DNA from: a virus
Lineage: Duplodnaviria > Caudoviricetes
Direction: 5' to 3' (one strand)
IMG/VR virus record: IMGVR_UViG_3300007734_000589
Span: 1 to 32,938 of that record
Length of the DNA stretch: 32,938 bases
Under the pieces are notes generated by a model that had not been told where the DNA came from, did no database searches, and saw only the letters and a program-made list of their open reading frames with translations. Of the stretch, positions 25,907 to 32,938 are shown one piece after another (positions within the stretch are counted from its first letter, which is position 1; each line of letters opens with the position of its first letter). The translations under genes were made by a program, and so were the position numbers.

Positions 25907-28900
25907 ATGGTAGATATTGTAAACACTGGACTAGCTTCTAGCCCACAACTAATTGATGCTGAAAAAAATAATTCTGTAAGTACATTAGAATCTATATTTG
26001 CTGGTATCGGTTCTGGATTAATTCAAATACCAAAAGGTGCATTTTCATTAGGTGCAACTCTTTATGATTTAGGAGCAGGCACAAATAAATCAGCTGAAAT
26101 AGAAAGATGGTTTGATAATCTTACTGAATTAGATGAAAAAGCAGAAGCAACAACTGCTGGAAAATTAACAGAAGCTTTAGTTAATTTAGGTGTGCCAGGA
26201 GTTTATGGATTTAAATTAGGATCCAATTTAGCTAAATCAGCAATAGAGGCAAAGAAAGCAGGTAACTATTTTAAACTAGATAATCCAGCTTTAAGACAAG
26301 CTGCTGATAAAGCAATAGAATTAAATACTAAAGGTAAACTTACAAAATTTGCAGCAGGAGCTGTGGGTGGCGGTTTATCAGATGCAGTGTTTGTTGGTGA
26401 TGTGGAAGAAATGGGAACACTTGGAGATTTATTAGGTGGGCCAACAGAACTTAATAGAGAAGGTCCAGAAGATGATCCAAGTAGAGAATTAATTAATCGA
26501 GTTAAATTTGGAACTGAAAGCGTATTATTTACAGGACTCGTAAGTGGTGTAGGTCAAAGTATTAAAAAAATAGCGGATCGTGGAAAAGATTTAAGATTTA
26601 GTAATAGTAAAATTGATAGACTATTAGATAAAGTTGGTTCTTACGTAAGAGCAAGAGGTGGTAAAACTCAAGAATATTTTGATATTGAAAGACAACAAAT
26701 TGGAAGAAGATCTGTTGACGTTAATTTAGCTCAACAAGTTTCTAGAACTTTAGATCAAGATATTGATTCTATTTTTCCAGCATGGAAAACAGTTGCAAAT
26801 AAACAAACAGCAAAAGAGAGAAATGAAACATTAGCAAAATTAAATGATTTATTATTATCAGGAGAACCTACAATAGATGATTTAGGAAAAGTTGCATTTG
26901 GAAATGTAGATGAAACATTACAAAAAGGTATTGTAGATAATTTAAGAAAATATGGAGCTGATGATAAAACAATAACAAGTATTTTAGACAACATAAGTTT
27001 AATAAGATCTGGTTGGGGAGATATGTTTAGTTCTATTGGAGGAAAAATAGATCCTAAAGATATAAATGATTTTAAAAATTTATTTGGAAATAAATTTAAA
27101 AATTATTTAGGTTCTACTTATGACATATTTCAAAATAAATCTTTAATACCTTTTTTTAATTTTAAACCTGCAGAAGAAGCAATCAATAAAACAAAGAATA
27201 TGTTTAAAGAAGTTGCTTTACAAAATGGTAAAGAAATTACAGATGGACAAGCAGATTATTTTGTAGAACGTTTAGTTAAAACAGCAAGACTTCCAAAAGG
27301 ATTTAGAATGGATAAACCTTCTGATCCTATATTTCAAATACCTGATTTCTTTGTAGGTAAAACAGTATTAGATGAAGCTGTTACAGATAAAGGATTTGCT
27401 TCATTAAGTAGTTTACCAAAAGAAAATAGACAAGTTATAGAAGAATTACTTGGTAAAAGTAAAAATCCTATGCAAACAATATTAGGAGGAACCGCAAGAT
27501 TATCTTTAATAACAAGACGTAATCAATTTTTTCAAGATCTTGTTGCTAAATCAGATGAATTAAAAGCTAGAGGTAAAGGAATATTTTATGATACGGAAGA
27601 AGAAGCATTACAAAATTTAGGTCCTGATTTTAAAAAAGTTAATATAGATCCTAACAAAGCATTAGAAGCTGGAATTACTAATCCTGTTAATGGTAAATAT
27701 GCAATAACAGAAATAGCAGATGCATTAGAACAAACATCTTCTCAAATGAGAAGTGATAGTATTATTGGTAAGCTTTATGAAAATTTAATTTTATATCCTA
27801 AAGCAACTTCTCAATTAGCTAAAACAGTTTTATCTCCAGTTACTCATTTAAGAAATTTTATAAGTGCAGGAGCGTTTGCAACAGCTAATGGAATTATACC
27901 TGATGTTAAATCAATGCGTGAAGCATATTCAGCTTTACAAACAGCATTACCAGGAACAAGACAAAATAATGAACTATATAGAAAATTATTAGAATTAGGA
28001 GTTGTTAATAAAAACGTTGCTCTTGGAGATTTAAATAATTTATTAAAAGATATTAGTTTTGGTGAAACAGTTAATTCAGACAAATTTTTAAGATTAATGT
28101 TAAGACCATTGTCTAAAATTAAAAAAGTATCTGAAGATTTATATACAGCCGAAGATGATTTTTGGAAAATTACATCTTGGGCCATGGAACGTAAACGTTT
28201 AGATAATGCCTATGCTAAATACGGAATAAATAAAACTGTAAAGGAATTAGACGAAGAAGCAGCAAGTATAATTAGAAATAATATTCCAAACTATGATTAT
28301 GTTGGAGATTTTATAAAAGGTTTACGTAAATTACCATTTGGTAATTTCGTATCATTTCCAGCTGAAATAATGAGAACTTCTACAAATATAGTTAGTAGAG
28401 CATTAGATGAAATAGCTATGGAGGTTAAATTAGCTGATGGAACAATTGTTAAACCATTAGCTGGTATTGGTTATCAAAGATTAGTTGGAATGGGTGTAAC
28501 AACAGCAGCAGTTCCTACGGCTGTAGTTGAAATGGCAAAAGTTATTTATGATGTTACAGATGAACAAGTAGAAGCAATGAGAAGATATGTCGCTGATTGG
28601 TCTAAAAATTCAACATTAATTCCAATTAAAGATAAAGAAACAGGTGAATTAAAATATGTAGATTTTAGTCATGCCAATGCATACGATTTATTATATAGAC
28701 CTTTTCAAACAGTATTAAATCAAGTAGCAGCGGGTAGAAATGATAAAAATGGTATAATGAATGATTTCTTTAGAGGATTAATAGAATCTACAAAAGAACT
28801 AGGTCAACCATTTGTAACAGAAGCTATATGGTCTGAAGCAATTGCTGATATATTTATTAGAGGTGGAAGAGATAGAGAAGGCAATCAAATATTTAATCCT

Positions 28901-29767
28901 GAAGATACAGATGGAAATAAAATAATTGCTGCCATTACTCATTTAGCAAAAACACAAGCTCCATTTTCATATGATCAGTTAAAAAGATTAGACCTATCTA
29001 TTGAACCAGTTGATGTAATACAAAAAGGTAAATTTGATAAGTATGGTCAAACATTTGAACTAGGTGATGAGTTAGCTGGCTTTACTGGATTTAGACCTGT
29101 TAAATTAAACGTGGAACGTGGATTAAAATTTAAAGTTGCTGAACTTCAAAAAGGTATTAGAGAGTCAAGACAGTTATTTACAAGAAATACTTTAAGAGGT
29201 GGTCCTGTAACTCCAGAAGAAATTGTTGATGCATATATAAATGCAAATAGAGCTCTGTTTGGTGTTAAAAAAGATTTTTATAAAGATATAAGAGCAGCTG
29301 AATTATTAGGAACATCTGAAGATGTAATTTCTAAAAATGCAGAACGTATTTCTAAAAAAGAATTTGGTTCTATTAACGATGGTGTATTTACACCTTTAAA
29401 TATATCTAAAGACGTAAAAGATTTATTTGAAGAAAATGCCTTAAATTTAGGTTTACCAAATCCCTTTGATCAAGCATCCGGTATAATAGATAATATAAAA
29501 GATAGATTATCCACACTTCCCTTAACTGCTCCTGGATTACCTGAAATAGAAAATCCATTTAAAAACCTAGCCAAACCTACATTAGAGCCAATTTCTTCTT
29601 TACCACCATTACCAAATCCTACACAAATACCAGGATATGGCCAAGTTAATATACCTACAGCTATAGCTGGTGGTCAAATTAATCCAATAACAAAGTTGAC
29701 ACCAGTAGAACAAGCGCTATTATCACCATCCGAACAAGCAATTAGACAAAAACAGAGAACAACATGA
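25907..29767 (+). CDS. Large internal virion / DNA transfer protein (1286 aa)
   Basis: Large helical protein ending the ejection cluster, as for T7 gp16 or the P22 ejection proteins; Gly-rich hydrophobic N-terminal segments. Confidence 0.65.
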   Translation: MVDIVNTGLASSPQLIDAEKNNSVSTLESIFAGIGSGLIQIPKGAFSLGATLYDLGAGTNKSAEIERWFDNLTELDEKAEATTAGKLTEALVNLGVPGVYGFKLGSNLAKSAIEAKKAGNYFKLDNPALRQAADKAIELNTKGKLTKFAAGAVGGGLSDAVFVGDVEEMGTLGDLLGGPTELNREGPEDDPSRELINRVKFGTESVLFTGLVSGVGQSIKKIADRGKDLRFSNSKIDRLLDKVGSYVRARGGKTQEYFDIERQQIGRRSVDVNLAQQVSRTLDQDIDSIFPAWKTVANKQTAKERNETLAKLNDLLLSGEPTIDDLGKVAFGNVDETLQKGIVDNLRKYGADDKTITSILDNISLIRSGWGDMFSSIGGKIDPKDINDFKNLFGNKFKNYLGSTYDIFQNKSLIPFFNFKPAEEAINKTKNMFKEVALQNGKEITDGQADYFVERLVKTARLPKGFRMDKPSDPIFQIPDFFVGKTVLDEAVTDKGFASLSSLPKENRQVIEELLGKSKNPMQTILGGTARLSLITRRNQFFQDLVAKSDELKARGKGIFYDTEEEALQNLGPDFKKVNIDPNKALEAGITNPVNGKYAITEIADALEQTSSQMRSDSIIGKLYENLILYPKATSQLAKTVLSPVTHLRNFISAGAFATANGIIPDVKSMREAYSALQTALPGTRQNNELYRKLLELGVVNKNVALGDLNNLLKDISFGETVNSDKFLRLMLRPLSKIKKVSEDLYTAEDDFWKITSWAMERKRLDNAYAKYGINKTVKELDEEAASIIRNNIPNYDYVGDFIKGLRKLPFGNFVSFPAEIMRTSTNIVSRALDEIAMEVKLADGTIVKPLAGIGYQRLVGMGVTTAAVPTAVVEMAKVIYDVTDEQVEAMRRYVADWSKNSTLIPIKDKETGELKYVDFSHANAYDLLYRPFQTVLNQVAAGRNDKNGIMNDFFRGLIESTKELGQPFVTEAIWSEAIADIFIRGGRDREGNQIFNPEDTDGNKIIAAITHLAKTQAPFSYDQLKRLDLSIEPVDVIQKGKFDKYGQTFELGDELAGFTGFRPVKLNVERGLKFKVAELQKGIRESRQLFTRNTLRGGPVTPEEIVDAYINANRALFGVKKDFYKDIRAAELLGTSEDVISKNAERISKKEFGSINDGVFTPLNISKDVKDLFEENALNLGLPNPFDQASGIIDNIKDRLSTLPLTAPGLPEIENPFKNLAKPTLEPISSLPPLPNPTQIPGYGQVNIPTAIAGGQINPITKLTPVEQALLSPSEQAIRQKQRTT
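29696..29723 (+). promoter_or_regulatory. Sigma70-like promoter upstream of the lysis genes
   Basis: TTGACA-16 nt-TATTAT inside the end of the large gene. Confidence 0.5.
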
Positions 29768-29991
29768 AAAGAATTGTAAAATCACGACTGGATGACCACG
29801 TATTAGATTTATATAATCGTGTGGATGATGTTAAAAAGGATGTGTCTGTAATTAAAAACAACCATCTCAAACATATGAGTTGTGCTATCTACAAAATAGA
29901 AAAGAAAGTAGATAAGATACTTTGGTTCATGATTAGTGGAATGGGCGCACTCATACTATCTCTTATAGCTATTCTACTCAAACTTAAATGA
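29764..29991 (+). CDS. Coiled-coil plus C-terminal transmembrane protein (holin / XhlA-like candidate)
   Basis: ILWFMISGMGALILSLIAILL hydrophobic segment; directly upstream of the peptidase. Confidence 0.55.
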   Translation: MKRIVKSRLDDHVLDLYNRVDDVKKDVSVIKNNHLKHMSCAIYKIEKKVDKILWFMISGMGALILSLIAILLKLK

Positions 29992-30446
29992 AGTTAAGCA
30001 ACAACTTTTCTTTAGAAGAGTTAACTAAATCCCAAGAAGCAATAAGACTCGGAATACCAAACGAACCAAATTCAGATCACATATTTAATTTACAATTACT
30101 TTGCCAATACATATTACAACCTGTACGTGATAATTTTAATTTACCGGTTACAATTAGCTCTGGATATAGATCACCAGAACTTTGTGAGAGAATAGGATCA
30201 TCAAGCAAGAGTCAACATACCAAGGGAGAAGCAGCCGACTTTGAAGTATTTGGTGTTGCTAATAAGGACGTAAGTGATTGGATCGTTAAAAATCTTGATT
30301 ACGATCAATGTATACTTGAATTCTGGACCCCTGATGAACCTAACTCCGGATGGATTCATTGCAGTTATTCTGCAGCCAAAAATAGACGGCAATATCTTAA
30401 AGCATCTAAAGTAGATGGCAAGACAATTTATTCCCCAATTGTTTAA
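29988..30446 (+). CDS. Peptidase M15A family, putative endolysin
   Basis: LS.NFSL.E, SSGYRS, SQH..GEAAD and WIH zinc-ligand motifs. Confidence 0.85.
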   Translation: MKLSNNFSLEELTKSQEAIRLGIPNEPNSDHIFNLQLLCQYILQPVRDNFNLPVTISSGYRSPELCERIGSSSKSQHTKGEAADFEVFGVANKDVSDWIVKNLDYDQCILEFWTPDEPNSGWIHCSYSAAKNRRQYLKASKVDGKTIYSPIV

Positions 30447-30456
30447 AAATAATTTG

Positions 30457-30484
30457 TTGCATTAATTTCAAAAAGTTGTATGAC
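30457..30484 (+). promoter_or_regulatory. Sigma70-like promoter, probably leaderless
   Basis: TTGCAT-16 nt-TATGAC; ATG 30491 follows after 6 nt with no SD. Confidence 0.45.
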
Positions 30485-30490
30485 GCGCTT

Positions 30491-31066
30491 ATGAATAAAG
30501 TTTTAGTACACAAACATTTAATAGTAAGAGCAGAAGCTAAAAATCCTCCAATGGATGAAGCTGTTCTTACTGAATGGTTTAAGAAATTTATAGATGAAAT
30601 AGGAATGAAGGTTATGATGGGACCATACGTAAAGTATTCTCACATGATCGGGAATCGCGGAATTACAGGAGCAGCTATTATAGAAACATCTCATATAGTA
30701 ATGCATGTATGGGATGAACCTGACCCCGCCTTGTTGCAGTTTGATGTTTATTCCTGCGGTGAGTTTGATCCTGAAACAATATGCAATAAGATAAAGAAAG
30801 ATTTTAATACTACTAAAATAGAATACAAGTTTTTAGACAGAGAAAATGATTTAAGTGAAATACACACCATTAATTTTTCAGAAGATATGATTACAAGAAA
30901 TTATGAAAATAAAGAAATAGAAAAGAAAAACAATGCATTATTAAAAAGTAGAAAAGAAGTTGAGATTAATGGCAGTGGCACACATGGATATAGGATTAAA
31001 GAAGGTATTCATAAAGGCACAGTTGTTGGCCATATTACAAGAGAAAAATCAGTACTTGAAAATTAA
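30491..31066 (+). CDS. speD: Pyruvoyl-dependent decarboxylase of the S-adenosylmethionine decarboxylase (SpeD) family, with C-terminal extension
   Basis: HKHL, GITG..IIETSHI.MH.W and DVYSCG motifs; actual substrate uncertain. Confidence 0.75.
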   Translation: MNKVLVHKHLIVRAEAKNPPMDEAVLTEWFKKFIDEIGMKVMMGPYVKYSHMIGNRGITGAAIIETSHIVMHVWDEPDPALLQFDVYSCGEFDPETICNKIKKDFNTTKIEYKFLDRENDLSEIHTINFSEDMITRNYENKEIEKKNNALLKSRKEVEINGSGTHGYRIKEGIHKGTVVGHITREKSVLEN

Positions 31067-31083
31067 TAAATAATCATTATATC
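31056..31083 (+). promoter_or_regulatory. Promoter candidate for hsp20 (sigma70- or RpoH-like)
   Basis: (C)TTGAAA-16 nt-TATATC. Confidence 0.45.
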
Positions 31084-31090
31084 TCCTCCA

Positions 31091-31144
31091 GGTTGCATCA
31101 TGTGGATGGACCAATTAACTTGCTTAACAAAGGAGATAATTATG
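31091..31144 (+). promoter_or_regulatory. ROSE-like RNA thermometer in the hsp20 5' UTR
   Basis: CTTGCTT(31119-25) pairs with AAGGAG(31130-35) with a bulged G; extended by AATTA/TAATT; an imperfect hairpin lies upstream at 31091-31112. Confidence 0.65.
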
Positions 31145-31564
31145 ACAAACCTAGAAGTTTTCAATAATTTAAATAAACAACTATTCAACGGATCAACAAA
31201 GTTTTTTGATGATGCGTTTGAAAATATTTTTGACACGTGGTCAAAAGTACAATCATTTCCTTTCTATAACGTAGTTAAATACTCAAAAGGTAAATACGGA
31301 TTAGAAATCGGTTTAGCTGGCTACAACAAAGAGAACGTGCTTGTAGAAGTTAAAGATGGTATCTTAACAATAGAAGGAAAAGTAGAAGATAAGAATGTAG
31401 ACTATGTACAAAAAGGTCTAGCATTTAGAAAATTTTTCAAACAGTTTGAATTAGCTAAAGATGTAATAGTTGATGAAGCTGAAATGAAAGATGGCCTACT
31501 TAAAATTAAACTTGGTTTTAACGAACCTAAAGATATTGAAGGCGTTAAAATAGATATTAAGTAA
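31142..31564 (+). CDS. Small heat shock protein (Hsp20 / IbpA-like)
   Basis: SD AGGAG; FP.YNVVK, EIGLAGY, KGLA.R.F...F.L and A.MKDGLL.I alpha-crystallin motifs. Confidence 0.9.
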   Translation: MTNLEVFNNLNKQLFNGSTKFFDDAFENIFDTWSKVQSFPFYNVVKYSKGKYGLEIGLAGYNKENVLVEVKDGILTIEGKVEDKNVDYVQKGLAFRKFFKQFELAKDVIVDEAEMKDGLLKIKLGFNEPKDIEGVKIDIK

Positions 31565-31646
31565 TGAGTATACCTTTACAATTTTATTTATTTTTATTGT
31601 TGGTGTATTAGTTTTATTATTAATTATTTATAATAATTATAAGTAA
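31564..31646 (+). CDS. Possible small membrane peptide with a frameshift just after the ATG
   Basis: TAATG coupling; the frame from 31566 reads EYTFTIFIIFIVGVLVLLLIIYNNYK*; one extra G would give ATG GAG. Confidence 0.35.
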
Positions 31647-31668
31647 TGATGCCTTATAACTAAGAAGA

Positions 31669-31694
31669 AAAGGATTGGTTAAATCCAGTCCTTT
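31669..31694. terminator. Likely bidirectional terminator at the convergent junction
   Basis: AAAGGATTGG-TTAAAT-CCAGTCCTTT stem-loop with T-rich tails on both strands; overlaps the helicase stop codon. Confidence 0.6.
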
Positions 31695-32938
31695 AATTCT
31701 TCGCCCATTACTTTAGAAGCGATATTAATCTTTTTGCGGAGAGCTTTGACGATCTTTTCATCAACAGTCTTCTCCGCAATTAGATCTATATAAGTCAGAT
31801 TTCTTTTTTGTCCTATTCTGTGTGCTCTTGCCTCTGATTGAAATCGTTTTTCTAAATCATATCCATTAGAATAATATATCATTACATTACCTGCAGTTAG
31901 TGTAATACCATAACCTCCTGTTTGTGGTGTTCCAATTAAAAATCTAACTTTACTATTTTCATCTTGAAATAGTTTTATATTATTTTGTCTAATTTCACTT
32001 GGTGTGTCTCCATAGTAAGTCACATAAGAATCAGGACCATATTCTTTTTTAATTGCTTCAACTATTACTTCAATATCATATTTATAATGTGCCCATATAA
32101 CAGCTTTGTTTTCTACTTCACTTAATATATCCATCAAAGCATCTAATCTTTCATTTTTTATTTTTTGTATAGTTCCATCATCTGATTTAAAATGGCCACA
32201 AGTAATCTGATGCAATCTCATTAATTGAACAAGAGCAGTAGCAGTTGTCATAAGTTTACCATCTAGCTGTGCTAAAGCTAATTGTTTCATAGGTTGATAA
32301 ATTTTTTGTTGTTCTTTTGATAGTTGAATAATTCTTTTTGTAAAAGAATGAGATGGTAAATCCAAACAATCTTCTTTTAAAACTCTATAAGAAAACTGCT
32401 CTATTCGTTGTGATAGTTCATCTAAATTTTTATAACCCACTACTATTTGAACTGAACGACCTCCAAAGTTGGCTGTTCTTAAAACAGAATATCTAGATTT
32501 AAAAGCGTAATAAGAAGTGTAATCTAATAAACCTTCATTTAAAAATTCACATTGTTTATATAAATCTAAAGGAGATTTAGTAACAGGAGATCCTGTTAAT
32601 ATTCATCTATACTTTGCAGATTTACCTAACTGAACAATAGATCTTGTTCTGATAGCATCTGGATTTTTAATAGTAGTAGATTCATCTATTGCCATTAAAG
32701 TTTCGTGGCAGCTTAAAAATTTATTTGCAAATGTTACACCATTTTTTGTAGATAAAGCTTCTACATTCATAACCAAAATATGAAGATCTGTTCCTGTTTC
32801 AAATAATGCATCCACCTCTTTAGACACTATTTCATTACCTTTCATAAAGGATGCTTTCCATAGCACCATCTTTTTTTCTATATGTGTTGGCATATGGTTC
32901 GGAATTTCTATATCAAACCAGTTTTGATAAACTCGGGG
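31679..32938 (-). CDS. SNF2-family (SF2) helicase, 5' truncated by the window, with one in-frame TGA at 32603-32605
   Basis: IDESTTIKN (motif II), ILTGSP (motif III), GGYGITLT and QSEARAHRIGQ (motif VI); both listed ORFs are in the same frame. Confidence 0.85.

Noticed and set aside
1340-30706. Other short minus-strand or nested ORFs (1340, 4958, 7336, 8215, 8922, 15557, 17594, 19570, 24198, 26755, 27844, 30201, 30518)
   Set aside because: They overlap well-supported + strand genes and have no recognisable motifs.
31646-31696. Tiny ORF MMPYN*EEKDWLNPVL
   Set aside because: Interrupted by TAA and largely explained by the terminator inverted repeat; cannot be supported as a gene.
1-32938. Alternative genetic code (stop reassignment)
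   Set aside because: TAA, TAG and TGA all terminate genes at sensible, often coupled positions; only isolated in-frame stops occur.
1-32938. tRNA, integrase/att site, terminase or portal genes
   Set aside because: None recognised in this window; packaging genes probably lie upstream of groES.

Overview
AT-rich (roughly one-third GC by eye) fragment of a tailed dsDNA phage, most likely a podovirus resembling HTVC023P-type pelagiphages or their freshwater relatives. That placement and a SAR11/LD12-like alphaproteobacterial host are inferences. The + strand (1-31646) is one long virion/late region. It runs from the end of groES through the head genes (Mu gpT-like major capsid at 2197-3102), a structured RNA leader, adaptor and tail genes, and three paralogous Kelch-like beta-propeller proteins (30 blades). 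Next come a sulfotransferase / APS-kinase-like / HxGH nucleotidyltransferase / two-oxygenase operon, the tail nozzle, a methyltransferase plus two glycosyltransferases, and an HlyC-like acyltransferase in front of four putative ejection proteins. It ends with lysis genes, a SpeD-like decarboxylase and Hsp20. A SNF2-type helicase converges from the - strand. Top candidates for novelty: (1) a possible miniature phage-encoded sulfate activation and sulfation pathway, (2) an RTX-toxin-type acyltransferase coupled to the ejection proteins, (3) a ROSE-like RNA thermometer on the phage hsp20, (4) a double-pseudoknot leader RNA covering a Shine-Dalgarno site, (5) G-rich synonymous-codon islands, often at domain boundaries. 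Several single-base frameshifts and in-frame stops suggest sequencing or assembly errors. All functional calls come from motif recognition by eye; no searches were run.
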